A stretch of DNA of 64,000 bases from Geosiphon pyriformis uo1. Taxonomy: Eukaryota > Fungi > Glomeromycota. The translations under genes were made by a program, and so were the position numbers. Below the pieces are notes generated by a model that had not been told where the DNA came from, did not search any database, and saw only the letters and a program-made list of their open reading frames with translations. The DNA lies in NCBI GenBank assembly GCA_016748015.1, contig JAAOMT010000231.1:64968-128967 (forward strand), given 5' to 3'. Below are positions 23,401 through 37,697 of this stretch, one piece after another; position 1 is the first letter of the stretch; every line of letters begins with the position of its first letter.

Positions 23401-25088
23401 TCTTGTCAGGTATGGTTCGCATTCTTCTTGGATGCAATTTGTCTTTGGGTGGCTCTTTGGCCAGTGCTTTTCGGTTTAGTGATGGGGTGCCTATGACTGC
23501 TGTTCTGGGCAAATCATTGTTTTTCAAATTCTTGCCTTCTCTTTAACGTTATGGCATTGCCTTTGTGGATCAGTTTCAGGATTGTCATGATGATATCTTT
23601 GACTGGCACACCTTTAAGCAATGAAAAAAACTGGACTTCTGTGGCCTGGTTCCTAAGTGGTTTGGGCTCTCTGTTGCGTTTCTTGGTGGTCCGCCTCCCT
23701 CTTTTTTGGTTTTGATTGGTGTTGGCCTTCTGAACATTTGTGGGTCTAGTAATTTCATATCTGTTAATGATCATCTTTCTCAATTTGGCTCTGGTAGTTT
23801 GTTTGTTTATATAAATAGTTCTCTGAAAAATTTGGGCACACTAGACTGTTGAGCTGGTACTGCGGCCTTTTTTGAGGACATTGATTTGGGTTTGGGTGTC
23901 AGTGTTTGTGGTCTGGTTTCATCTACTTTGGTGGAATTGCAGGCCATTGTTTTGGCTCTGGAGTATATACTAACATCTCGCTCTGTTTGCTTATTTTCGG
24001 ATAGTCAGACTGCTTTGAATACTTGCAAATCAGAGTTGGGTCTGATATGTCTGGACTTTTGCAATCGGTGTTAGATCAAGCATTGGCATATTGGGAATAT
24101 TATTCACAGCAAGAATTTGAAAGTCAGCTGGCACAAGGTGAAAGGCCACTTTGGCATTTTGGGAAATGACTGTGCTGACAGTCTTGCTGAGATTGCCTCT
24201 CTCTCTAATTGGTTTCTTCTTTTATATGTTAGTGAACATTTTTTGATGGCCGATGGTAGTATGGTGTCTTGTAATTCTAGGCACTTTGTTCAGGATATTT
24301 TTCATGCTGTTCATCATGCATGTTGGGAGGTTGGTTCTGGTTCCGGCTTTCTGGCAGGTGGCTTGCTTTCAGATGTTGATTGGCTAAAGTCTTCTCAGGT
24401 GTGGCACCCTGATTTGCACATGGCCACAGGCTTTACCAGCAAGTACACTGCTGATTCCCATACTTACTTCATGAAAGTTTTACACCATCGGCTTTTCATG
24501 GCTGTTCAAAAACAACTTTATAATAGATGTTATCCCAGTGTTCTGTGTCTGTATTGTGGGGAGGTAGAAGTGTCGGATCATGTGTTTTCTTGCTTAGTCG
24601 ATAGCTCAGCCCATTGCCAAATTCTAAATTCTGGCATGTCCTTTTGGAAGGAACTTTCTGGTCTTTCTTTGTCCTCTTCATGTGTATTGCAATTGTTGTC
24701 GACCTGTGCTTCAGATTTCTTAGTGTCTTCAGTGCTTTTTAAGGATTTTGTTTTCAAGGGATGGTTCTCAGAGGCTGTTTTTGTCTTTCATGATCCCAAA
24801 GTTGCTGGTGCTAAAATTACTGATTTTGCATGTTCTATTTGCCTAGCTTTTAGGAATGATATTTGGTTGGTTCGTGTTAAACATTATGTTTTCATGGAGA
24901 AGTGTGGTCTGATCTCTAAGGATGGCTCAGTTTACACTTTAGCTTCCAGTTCAGCCTTGGTGTTATCAGTTGGTGTGGTCAAATTGCTTGGGATTTCTGA
25001 GGCTTTTGGTGTCTGTTTTGGTTTTTGTAAACCTTGCCCGTTTTTTTCTGATATAAACTCTTCAGTCTCTGTAGTTATAACTGTATAG
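20409..25088 (+). pseudogene. LINE ORF2 (APE, RT, RNase H, CCHC finger), disrupted
   Basis: Motifs CNIRG, ETK, GDFN; QDMWKAYDSV, AFVDD; VELQAI, SDSQ, KVKGH..GNDCAD; CLYCGEVEVSDHVFSC. Confidence 0.93.
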
Positions 25089-25303
25089 TGTTGTCCTAAC
25101 TGGTTCAAGTAACTGGTCATGTGTAGTAAACACATGATACACACCTAGTTTAGATCATTTCTTTGATGTACAGTTCTAGGTAGTGTGTGGACTTCGCTTG
25201 TTAAATGATGGGAAAAAAAAAAAATAACAAAAATTTGAAAATAGAAGAATAATTTATAATATTAATAAAAAATAACACACTAATATAATTTTATATCTTA
25301 TAT

Positions 25304-26034
25304 TGTTATGAGTTGGAGTAACAAGCTAACGGATAACCAGAAAAAACAGAATTGTAAAGTGATAAAAGAAATCAAAAGGAATTCAACTTCAAAGAGTAAA
25401 TTGAATGAGTATGAATTCAATGTGTAAGATCAGTCTCATAAAATATCTTAGTTGTTATACTTTTTAAAAGATAACCAGAAAATCTGAAGGTAAAGGAATA
25501 GTTTATATTGTCAACAAATAATTACACACTAGTATAATTCTATACTTTATATTAGTGCTCTTAGATATACTCTTCAGTCATGTTTTATTTAATAATTTTC
25601 AAATACTACAATTATACATTTCAGGAAAAGGATAAGAAATAACCAACAAATAATCTTTTATCCCAAGATGTTCAAATACTTGAAAGTAAAAAAAGAGAAA
25701 TTAGCAATAAGAGAATAATTAAGATGAAAGTTGTTATTTTATTTTATTTCTTTTTTTGATTCTTATATGTTTTTCTACAGCTAAGAGATTCATTGTTTAT
25801 ATAGTTATTAAAAGTGGTCAATGATTAAATTAATGATTAGGTCAATAATCAAGTCAATAATCAGGTCAATAATTAGGTTATTGATTAGGTCAATAATTAG
25901 GTCAATAATCAGGACAACAGTTAGGTCATTAATCAGGTCAATAATCACTATCTAAAAATAGAATGGCTAATTATATGACATCAGTAACTAATACATGTGA
26001 TAATTAATAAGAAGTATAGGTTTCAATCATAATA
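25304..26034 (-). repeat. B1 3' LTR
   Basis: Reverse complement of the B2 LTRs; 12-bp AGGTCAAT array at ~25815-25948. Confidence 0.92.
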
Positions 26035-26042
26035 TTATTTTT

Positions 26043-26700
26043 TCAAAAGAGATTGAGCTTCAGCGAAATCAAGCTATTCATAATGTAATCTAATTGAAAA
26101 ATTTTATCTAATTCAAAGCTAACTAGTTGGTTAAAGTTTTTTGTGGATAGAATATATAATACTTGAAGTGAAATAAGTTTTGTATTCAAGAAATCAAATC
26201 TTTGTATTAGAGTTTTGGCTCTTTTAGCAATAGTTAAAACTCTTGAGATATCTAACTGTATAATGCCCAAAATTTCTGCCTGTATCTCTGAAGTTGTTTT
26301 CTTTATAAGTTTTATATCTTTTATGATTTTTTCAAGATAACCATAAAGTTCTAATTGTTTTTTATATGACAAATTTTTGTTTATGAACAAGATTTCTTGG
26401 ATTGTTTTTCCAATTGTGCTAAAAGGTAAGAGTATAGCTGCTGTTATACTTTCTAATAGATATTTATCCATTTTGCTACCAATTTTTTCTCTTCTGGTAG
26501 TGGTTTTCTTTAGTCTAATAACAGTATGTGTTCCACTGTTATTCATTATAGTGATTTGTTTTCCAATGATTAGAGTAATATTTGAATAGTTTTTGATCCA
26601 ATACTTATGGAGAGTATAGAAGGCATTTTGAATGTTTTAATCCAGAAAATAATTGTTTATGTCAATTAAAGATACCTCTGTTTTGGGAATAATGCATTTA
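26043..26700 (-). pseudogene. B1 ORF3, unknown accessory protein
   Basis: ORF 26043..26546 is closely similar to B2 ORF3 43621..44373; the upstream part contains stops. Confidence 0.8.
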
Positions 26701-27804
26701 TTTATACTTGATTTTTGCTGATTATTTGGGTTGGTATTACCACAACAGGCAACCAATCAGGTCATTTATAATATTTCTTGAGTCATATATCATGAACAGA
26801 ACAATTATTAAATATTGTTCTGGATTGATCTTAAAAAATATAAGAACTATTGTTCAAAACTTTGTTGACTATAAAGAGTTTTTTTTATCAGCTTGAGAAT
26901 TTATTACCATAAACATTGTTTTTGTCTGAATAGTATTCTAATACCAAGTTATTAACACTTAAAAAAAGTGTTTTATAGGTTTTCTTTTTCTTAAGTTTTT
27001 CTTGGAACTGTTTTATTTTTTCAAAAGCAATTATTTGTGCTTCTACCAAGGAGTCAAGAATAATACCAAGTCTTCTTTGCAAAATGTCTTTGTAATTTCT
27101 TATTGTGATCTTTTCAAAAAGTATTATCTTAATATCAGTTTCTATTAGTAGTGTTGTCATGTATCTATAAAGCAGATAAAAAGATTCATAACTTATTATG
27201 TTATGATTCACAGTTTTATAAGCAAACAAAGCTAAAGACAATACTTTGTCCTATAAATTTGTTTTTTTACTGGTTTTGGCTAGAGTTTCACATAGTGTTC
27301 TATTAAAATATTCTACTAAGCCATTTTTTTGAGAGTGGTAAGAAGAAAAAAGTTTATAACATATTCCCATTTTTCTACAAAGTTTTTTAACCAGTGTACT
27401 AAGAAAAGCTCTTTCTCTATCAGATAAAAGTTCTTTAAGACAGCCATGATAACAGATAATATTTTTATAAATGAAATTGGCTATTAAGACTGCTGTTTAG
27501 TCTGGAGTGGCTCTTGTTTCTACTCACTTTGTAAGATAGTCAGTAGCTGTAATAATGTATCTGTTGCCATTAGGAGTTATTGTTAAAGATCTAACAACAT
27601 CTATACCAATTCTGTTAAATAGTTGATTAACAGAGATTGGATAAATATCTTCTTTGTGATTGGGTTTGTTTTTTCTTTGGCAGATGTTACAAATTTTGAT
27701 GTATTCAGCAATGTTTTTCCCAAAATAGGCCAATAATAGCAAGCTAAAGTTTTCTGAATTGCTTTTGTTTTTTCAAAGTGTCTAATTAATAAGTTAGTAT
27801 GTAT

Positions 27805-28652
27805 TATTACAGATGATTATTTGGAGTCTCAAAGCAAATAACAATCCATAACTTGGTGCTCAATTGATAACATTAGTAATATCTGTAGGTTGTTTGTATC
27901 TGAAGGTTTTTGGTTGAGTTTTTTGTATAATGGACAGAGATTTACTGATTGTTTTATCCATAGCTTTCTAAAATCGCAATTTCATCAAATTTTTTTTTTA
28001 GTATGATAGCTGGTAATTCTTCTGGTAAGTTATCCTCAATTGAGTGTTTTACCCTTATTCTGGGTCTTTTACCAGTCATTATATTCTGACATCAGTACCT
28101 CCACATGTTAATCCTTTTATCAAATTAGTACTTAGAATAAACAAAGACAAAAAATAAAATAACAAAAAAATAAAAAAAAAATTAAGTTCAGGCAAATAAA
28201 AGTTAGTATTCCATCAATAACTATAATCAAGAGCTATTGTTCTAGTGTGGTTAAGTATCAGTTATTATCAACATAAAGTGTTGATAATAGAGAGTAGATT
28301 GAGATAACAAATAATTATTTATTGATATTTGTGATTTGAAAGATTGCTTAGATGAAATCTAAATTAAGAGGTTTGTTTTTTCTATTTTTAATGCTACTGC
28401 TATATATACATAATTGAGATTCCTCAATTCTTCAATTTTTCGCACCAGAAATCCTGGAATTTTTAGAATCTTGCAATTCCTGTGAAAAAAATTCTGGAAT
28501 TCTGAAATCCTGCGATTTCTTGTATGAGAATTCTGTAATTTTTGGAATCTTACAATTTTTCTGAGAGGAATCCTAGAATTCCATATTTACTATGCCTATT
28601 TCTAATTGGTTAATTTATATGCTAATATACTTTTTATATTCTATAAGTAACA
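27805..28652 (-). repeat. A2 3' LTR
   Basis: Direct repeat of 45743-46594. Confidence 0.93.
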
Positions 28653-28671
28653 TTATTTTCTTCTTTTAATA

Positions 28672-29324
28672 TTAAGCTCCATTGAGATCTTCTAATTCTA
28701 ACTCTTTGTTTTTGAGTATTTTTTGAATTTTTTTTCGAAAATTACTTGTGTTATCTTGTTCTGTAATTCTTCAAATTGGGCATTGGTTATTTTTCTTATT
28801 TGGTTAACAGTAATAAATTCTATTGCTAGATTGAATAAGATTTTAGGTCAATTTTGAAATTCAACTTGTAATTAATAGATGGCTTGTGCTTGTGTAGTTA
28901 AATTGTTGTTTTCTTACAAATTGTTCAAATTGTTGTAATATTGTTGTGTCAAATAGTTGTTTTGTTTTATCTGTATATAAGTTCTGAATATTCAAATATT
29001 GTCCCAAGTAGAATAACAAAAGTTTTTTGAAAATTGTTGTGTCCACCAATTTCATATTTCTATCATTAACTCTTCATATTGGGTGACTTTTAGTTGTGTT
29101 TTTATCACCAATTTTATTTTGGTAATTATTTTGTCAATAGTGTTTTCTGTTTTTCTCCATACTTTATCTCATAGTTCTTTTCTGATGTTTTTGTATCTAA
29201 TGATTTATTGATTGATTAAAATTTTCATTTCTTGTTGTTGGATCAGTTAAAAAAGTTGTTGTGCTAGTGAGTAAATATTGTTAATAATTTCCATTTTTTT
29301 GCTGTTTTTTACCACATCTACCAT
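28672..29324 (-). pseudogene. A2 ORF3 (A1-type), disrupted
   Basis: Fragment 28861..29055 KKLLLFYLGQYLNIQNLYTDKTKQLF matches A1 ORF3. Confidence 0.75.
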
Positions 29325-29949
29325 GTCTTTATATTTTTTTAGTTATTTAATTTGATGTGTTAGTGTTGATAATAATGATTGGTTCTAAATTTTATAGGAT
29401 CTCATCTGATTGAACTAGTATTCCCTATACTTCTAATTGTGGAATATTACTAATAGATAATAATACTATATAGTAATATAGTTTCAGTCAATTACTATAT
29501 GCTGCTTTGGCTAAGATTTTGTTGTCCTATCTTAATTTATAAGCTTCATTTCTAAGAATTTTTTCTATGTAAAATAGTCCATCCTATTTGAAATCAAATT
29601 TTCTACTTTATTGTTTTTCCACTTTAATACAATGTAAGAATACTTTGTCTCCAATCTTAAATTTAACTGGTTTATCTGGTAATTGGTTATTGTGTCTTTT
29701 TTTTTGTTTTTTTTGTGACTTTTAGATGTTATTAGCTGTTCATCATTGTTTGTTTTCTAGAGTTTCTATCAAGTTATATGTTCTTCTTAGTAATGTTTCT
29801 TGAAAATTGTCTTTAGTTATTGGTTCTGTTGAGTATGTTTTGATTTTTATTTCAATTGGTATTGTTGCTGTTCTACTATACACTAATTTAAATAGTGTTG
29901 CTTGTATAGTATTTTGTTTCATTGTTCAATAAGTAAATAATACTGAAGG

Positions 29950-30756
29950 TGTTATAGTTCAAGAATTTAATAGGAATTATAAATTAGCCAATCATGAAAT
30001 AGCACAGCAACAATTTATAAAAAGAAATAATTTACAAATAACAACCAGCACTATTTTACAATAGCAGCAAGCACTATTGTGCAAAAGCAGTAAGCACTAT
30101 TTTACAATAGCAGCAAGTACTATTTAGAAATAATGGAAATAGAGTATTACAAAATGTTATTTTGTAAAACAATAATTATATATATATACAATAGTTTTTA
30201 ATAATAAAAAAAAAAACAGCTTCAACTTGAAGCAACAAATATCTAAATAAAATCTTATTCAAAAAGAATTAATAAAAATAATAAATTGAATTAACATTAC
30301 AATTATAAGATTAACAATAGAATTTACATATTTTCTCTAATAAATGAAACTATTATTCCATCTCTGAATCTTTTGGAAGAATAATCTCTGATTAAGATTA
30401 TTCATGTAGTTATTAATTAAATTGAAAAAACTTTATTATATACTTAGAAAAATCATGAAAAGACCATTAACATTCTGTGTTTCTAGATTAGAAAAACACA
30501 TTAAACAATTGCAAGAATAGCCTCAGAAAAAACCCCAAACAGTGGGTAAATTTCAGATTAGCCTCTGAAAAGAAGTACACAATATACAAAAACAATTAGA
30601 ATTAAAAAAAAGACTTAAATCACAACATCAAAAAAAAATCTTTAGTATATTATTATTAATATCTAACACATAAAATTGAGAAATTCATGAGAGACTGATT
30701 GCAATTTAAACAGGATATTAACAATTAAAATATACCAAAAAAACCCTCTTGTAACA
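29950..30756 (+). repeat. Solo LTR of a third family (C), 807 bp
   Basis: TGTTA...TAACA termini; TSD AAGG/ATGG; CCAAT box, AATAGCAGCAAGCACTATT-type repeats, TATA run; interrupts the A2 integrase. Confidence 0.8.
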
Positions 30757-33700
30757 ATGGTATAAACAAATCTCATTTATCTTAATTTTCTTGGCTGATT
30801 TTGGCAATTGTTTCACATAATGTTCTATTGAATTTTTCGACTAAGTCATTGGTTTGTGGATGATATGGTAATGATAATAGTCTTTTGATTCCAAATATTT
30901 GACTTAATTCTGCTAATGTTTTATTCACAAAGTGAGTTCTTTGGTTGAATAACAATTTTTTTGGACATCCATGTCGACAAATTAGATCTTGATAGATAAA
31001 TTTGGCAATGGATTCTGCATCTACTCCTTGAATTGCTTTTGCTTCTGGCCATTTAGTGAGATAATCCATGGCTACTGCAATATATCTGTTGCCTCTGCTG
31101 ATGATTGTTAATGATCTAACTAAGTTAATTCTAATATAATCAAATGGTTGTCCCACTTTAATTGGTTTCAATGGTTCACTGGATCTTGTTCTTTCTCTTC
31201 TTTGACAAGCATTACAATTTTGAATATATTGGATGATGTTTGAATATATTGATGGCCAATAGTATTTATTTCTGGTTTTTTCTATGGTTGCTTCTTTATG
31301 AAAATATCCTGTCATTAAGTCTGAGTGCATGTTGAATAGTATTGTTTCTTTTTCTGGTTCTGTGATTACTCTGAGTGGTTTCTTTGGATCTTTTTTGTTC
31401 TTCCAATATAATATATTTTGGTGGCTAATAAAATATTTTGATTGTTGTTTTATGTTGTTTTGTTCCTTTTAAGATAATTTCTCCTTGAATAACTGGGTAT
31501 TTATATAATACTAGAGTTGTTGATATTTTTGTTTTCAACTGTTTGAATTTTATTATATTTTTGGATTGAAATGTTCAAATTTGTTTTATTCACAACAAAC
31601 CATCAGCATTTCTATTTTTTTTTCTTTTTTTATAGTATACTGTATAATTAAATGGTGCAAGTTTTATTTTTCATTTAGCATGGCAATTATTTCCAAATTC
31701 TTGCTTCTGAATTGAAGTCAATTCTTTATGATCAGTATATATATCAAATTTCTGGCTTAAGTATTCTCTTTATTTCATAACTGTTCAATAGATTGCTAAG
31801 TGTTTTAGTGCTGGTGTTCCATAATTTTTTTCTGCTGGACTCAAACTTTGATTAACATATGCTACTAGATATTCTCTTTCATCTGGTCTTTTTTGTGATA
31901 GTACTGCTCCCAATGCTTGACCTAATGCATCAGTGGTAATAATGAATGATTTACTATGATTTAAATAAATTAGTACTGAAGCTTGAATGAGCTTTTTTCT
32001 CAGTATATTAAAAGTTTTTTGTTGTGTTTCAGTCCATTTATATTTAACATTCTTGGTTTGTAGATGATACAGTGGTTGAACTATTTTGGAAAAGTTCTTA
32101 ATGAAGTGACAATAGTAATCTGCAAATTCCAAGAATACTCATAATTCGGTCAAGTTGGTAGATACTAGAAAGTTTTTAACTATCTCAATTTTATTTGGAT
32201 CCATTTTGATTCTATTTTTATTTACAATATGTCCTAAAAACTTCAATTCTGTTTTGCCAAAAAAGCATTTAGTGATATTTAATTTTAATCTGGCTCTTCT
32301 TAGTTCTTCAAATACTTGTTGGAGATAGTATAAATAATCATCAAATGTTTTTGAGAACACATTGGTATCATTCAAATATACAACTACTGATTTTCATAAC
32401 AGTCCAATATAGATGATTTTCATGAGCCATTGGAATGTTGCTGGAGCATTCATTAAGGCAAATAGCATTACTTTAAACTCAAAATTTTCTTCTCAGATTG
32501 TAAAAGCCATTTTCTCCTTATCTTTTAGTTTCATGACTACTTGTTAGTAACTATTGTTTAAGTCTAAAGTCGAGAACCATTTTTTTTCTCCAAAAGCATC
32601 GAAAAGTTCTTGAATTTTTGAAGTTGAGTAGCTATCTTTTTTGGTTACTCTATTAAGTTTTCAGTAATTCACACAAAAGCAGATTTTTTCATTTTTTTTA
32701 TAGACTAGTACTACTGGTGATAACCATAAACTTATTGATAATTAAATTAACCATTGTTTAACATCTAATTGATTTCTTGATGAATGATCTCATGGCTGGC
32801 TGGTGGTATTTAGTATGCTCTTTGTTTGATTGGCATTGCATCTCCAGTTTTGATTTGATGCTGAATTATGTCAGTTCTGCCAAATTTATTTTTACTTGCA
32901 AAAATGTTAGTGAAGTTGTTGAGTAACATTTTGAGTTGCATATGCTAGAGTGGGTCTAAATTTTTCAGATTCATTTATTCTAATTGTTCTGGTTAGAGCA
33001 AATAACATTTGTTCTGTTTGTAGATTGTTTGTGATATTATGTCAACATATCTATACAGTTGTAGAAAGTCTGAAATAAAGTTTGGTGGTTGGTTTTCGAT
33101 TTTGGTGGTTAAATATCCAATAGTGATTCTTTCTGGTATCTCAATGATGTCTCCCATGTTGTTGTAAATGAGAATTTTGATGTGACTGTAATTTTTGGCT
33201 GGTATGTATAGATTAACTAATCCAATTTTTTCTGATTCACAAGGTGTTGCTTTTGCCTCAAAAATCTGAATCTGATCCTTTACTTTTTTTTCTATGGCTA
33301 ATATGTACTTGTTATATGATAGAATAAAAATTGATTGACAGGTGGAAATAATTTCTCTTTTGTTAATAACTTTTTTCTCTGCCATATTAACTGGTACATC
33401 TATTTTACTTGTGGATCCAAATCCACTAATCCCTTTAGCTGTAATTCCTAATTCTTTCTGGTTTCTCACTGATACTAACTAAGTTATTTTAACCAGAAGC
33501 AGGAATATTGTCTGTGTTATTTTTTTATTTGGCTCTATGATATAGGCCTTTTTTGAATTATTTTATTGTAATGATATTTTCCACATATTTTGCATCAATT
33601 ATTTCTCCTCTAATGTTAATTCTTTTTTTACTAAACTATTCCTGAATGCTAACTGAACCATTGTTGTTGTTAAAATTTCCAGTGCTACTTTCAGATCAAT

Positions 33701-36700
33701 GCATGTGTGCAAATGTGGTTCTAATTTAATGGTGTTCTTCTTTGGATATCTCAGATCAAATCCAGCATCAATATTATGTACATGTTCTGGCATAATATCT
33801 TCATCATTATTGCTGAACTATTTCAATTCCTGTTCCTTAGTAAGATCAAAAAGCATAATGTATTGTTCAGGATTTGAATTGGAGTTCAAATTATTGTTGT
33901 TGTAATTGCTATTTTGAACAGAGCTGAAACTGTTGTTTTCATTGTCATCATTGTCAGAGTTTGAATTGGGATTGAAATTTGATTCTGATTTCAATGTGCA
34001 GTTGCTGATTGGTTCTTTCTCTTCAAGGATTATGTAGATTATATGTGATGGTAGATTGTAAATAAAGTCATACTTATTACAATATTTGAAATCACATAGA
34101 ATCAAACAGTGGTTACATAGTTGTCTGTTTATTTTTTCTAAATGTTGTTCTTGTTTTTCCTGAATGGATGTCAAATTCTGATAATGTTCATAGAATTTTT
34201 CTAGACCAGCTTTAATGTCAAGAAAAGCATCTGGATTGGGAATAAAAAAAGTTTTGACTGGTTCTGGTGGGTTATTCTTAATTTTCAATATTTTGCTAGA
34301 TAAAGTATCTTTAACTTTGGCACTTGCCATTCTTCAGATTTTGTTTTTATCATGTAGATAACCATTTAGGCATGCCAAAACACAGTTCTATGCAATGTTA
34401 AAAAATGTTTTACAACTGATCTAGTCATTAATGAGAATCATGTATTGGCACAAGGCATCACATGTTCTTCCTTAACCAGAAATGTTGTTCCATATTTCTT
34501 TGTTGAGTAATTGTTTCTCACAAGTGAAACATAGTTTATTGTCTTACTTGCCTTGTCATTTGGAGTACCCATAGCATTCTCTGTAGTATAGTTTACAGTA
34601 GTAATAGATGTGTATCCAATAGTCTTTATTAGGTGCAATCCATGCTCCCATGGAAGAAAGTTTCTTGTCACAATCTTAGTATTTTAGTGAAATGTATGAT
34701 AGTTGCTTTAGTGGCTCATGTGTATAAAATCTTTTCCAGCCACTAGTTATTTCTTCTGTAGTGGTGCCTTCTTCTGGTGCATCCTCTTTTTTTTTTTTTT
34801 CTTTGTCATTCCAAAAAAATACTGGTGATAATTTGTTGTGTTCAATATTAGCCCAGAAAATTTGATAAGCTTTCCAGATAGATTTTTTTTCTTTGTTATT
34901 GAACTCAATAAGTAGTTTTGTGATGTGGGTGGTCTTGAAGTGATCACACATGGCTGATATACATGTGTATTGTTCGTTCTGGCTGAGTTGCACTTTCTAA
35001 ATGGTTCAGTTAAGCACAGCATTGGTTTTAGACAACCAATTATTGTCAATAAATGCTTGGTATTAAATTGCTTCCATCACCAAAACTTTAATAGGTATAA
35101 TAATGCCATTGACTTCAAAAGGGAAGTTGTTAATTTCACCAATAGGAATTTTGGTTGCTCCATTGGCTGTAATGATTTTGGTGCTGGCAGTTTAATTAAC
35201 TCAGCAACCTAATTAGTCCATGAGTTGTTACATAATAATGCTGCTTGCTAAACTACTGTCTAAGATCAATTTGATTGGCTAACCATTAACTTTGGCATCA
35301 GTATACATTACAGTAATGAATTTTTTGTTAAGTGCAGCTCCACTAAAGAATGGCATTTCCACTTGGTTTTCTAATTTGAATGAGAAGATGGCTGCTAAAA
35401 AGTTATTGTTGGTAATAGTTGCTGGCAGTATGTTGCTGATAAGTGGTTGCTTTTGATTGGGTTCTGGTTTGTTGAGTGCAGCATCTTCTGAAATAATTAA
35501 AAGACTTAAATAGTTCTGGGAATTCAGGTTTTGAGAGTACTTAGTTCCCAAACTCTGCTGGCATGATCCTGATTGTTGGTTGGAAGAACTGGGGATCAGT
35601 TAATAGACTATTATTATTGATCTCCAATTTTGTTGAATTATTCTCAGCCTTTGGTTTCCAAGTGACATTGGAGTTGGATTTTGAGACAGCATTTGAATTG
35701 GTTGGAGCTAATAGATTACTTGTGACTGCAGTGGTTGATAAATTATTGAAGCAGTTGGCTAATAAATTAGAGATATGTATATTGGCTGCTGCATTATTTG
35801 AGTGTAATTAGATTAATATTGATCTTGATTTGGATGATAGTTTGGAGTTTGAAATTTGCAATCAGAGTTTTTGTATTGATTTTCTAATTATGGATTATTA
35901 TAAAATTGGCAGTCAGCTCTCAGATAACTTTGTTTACCACAGTTGTAACAGATACATGTTTTTTGCTGTCATGGTTAATTGTATGAGAATAATGGACACA
36001 ACTGATTTTGGAAACAATTCACGTTTTCTGGATTATTTTGTTGTTGTGGAGATTGATAAATGGCTTGATTATTAGCTAAGTATCTCTCTAATTTCTGATT
36101 GATTGAGTCACTGAATTGCTTTAGCTTAGAATCCAAGTCAGATGATCTGTTCATTACTAGATTTATGGCTTGGGTGTGGTTGGCTTTTAATTTAGCTGAT
36201 TCTAAATCTCTGATGTGGTTAATGGTGTCCTAAAGAATAGTTGGACATAGTAGACATATGTGTTGTAGTAGACTGCTGCACAACCTGCAAATAAACTGAT
36301 TCAAAATTTGGAGTACTGTAAAGTAGTTTGCATTGATGGTCTGAATTTAACACAGATTTTGGTGGAAGCATCCTAAATAAGTTGTGACTGCTTCAGTGTT
36401 TCCTTGCTTGATAGTAGTAAAATTAGTTGTTAAGTGATTAATACTATTATAATTGCTAAAATATTGCAGAAATGTAACTTTAAACTCATTGAAATCTTGG
36501 GGTTTGTTTACAAAATTTTGGTATCAAGAATTGGTAGTGTCTTGTAAAAAGTACAGAATAGCTTACATTGCTTTAGCATTATCTCAGTTGTTGGTGGTTA
36601 TTGCTTTGACTATATTGTTGAGCCAAACTTGGGCACTATTTTCTTCACTGGTGAATTTTTCTAGCTTGATAATTGGTGTATAGGCCATTGGTATAATTAG

Positions 36701-37012
36701 TGGTTGTTAGAGTGGCTGTTAAAGTGGTTGTTAAAGTGGTTGTTAAAGTGGTACTTGTGGCTGTTGAATTGGTTCAACAATCAGTTCAATTGGTGGCTGA
36801 TTGATTATAATTCTCAGAGATAAGTGTTGTTGATTAATTATGTTGGAATTGGAATTGTTCTGATTTTCCTGAATTTGAATATTTGGGATTTGATTTTCTG
36901 GGTTTTTTGTGATCAGATTTTGTTTATTAATTTCTTAATTACTGCTTTTCTCTTTCTTAAAGTCAGTTATTTTCCAGGAACTGGCAGTTCTGAAATCTGG
37001 TTGTGGTAGTAA

Positions 37013-37691
37013 TGTTACAATTGAAACTCATAATTTTTATTAGTTATTACATATATTAGCCACTGATGTCATATAATTAGCTACTCTATTTTTAGATAGT
37101 GATTATTGACCTGATCAATGACCTAACTGTTGACCTGATCATTGACCTATTCGTTGACCTGGTTGTTAACCACTTTCATTAGCTATATAAGCAATAAGTT
37201 TTTTAGCAGTAGAAAATCATCTCTTAGACAAGAATCAAATAAATAAAAATAACAACTTTTATCTCAATCACTCTCTTATTACTAATTTCTCTTTCTCTAT
37301 CTTCAAGTATCTAAACATCTTAGGATAAAAGATTACTTGTTGGCCTTTTCCTGACATATATAATTGTAGCATTTGAAGATTATTTGAATAAATGTGACTG
37401 AAAAGCACAAGTTGATACCTAATATTGAATTCTAAAAGTGCCGACATGAGACATAGAATTATATCAGTGGTAATCAATTATTGACAGTACAGACTATCCT
37501 TCTATTTTCAGATTTCCCAGTTATCTTTGAAAAGAATAGCGACTGACATATTTTATAAGACTGATCTCGCACATTGAATTTATACTCATTTAATTTGCTC
37601 TTTAAAGTTGAATTCCCCTTTGATTATTTCCATCACTCTACAATCCTGTTCTCCCTTGCTATCCATTAGCTTGTTACTCCAACCTGTAACA
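37013..37691 (+). repeat. B2 5' LTR (679 bp; six 12-bp U3 repeats)
   Basis: TGTTA...TAACA; ATTGACCTGATC-type array at 37105-37174, then TATATAA. Confidence 0.95.
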
Positions 37692-37697
37692 TAAAAG

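Larger units (their letters stand above)
18477..25218 (+). mobile_element. LINE copy 2, full length (~6.7 kb) with poly(A) and TSD
   Basis: ORF1 and ORF2; A-run from 25213; TSD AAAAAATAAC at 18467-18476 and 25219-25228; the flanks rejoin into LTR sequence. Confidence 0.95.
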
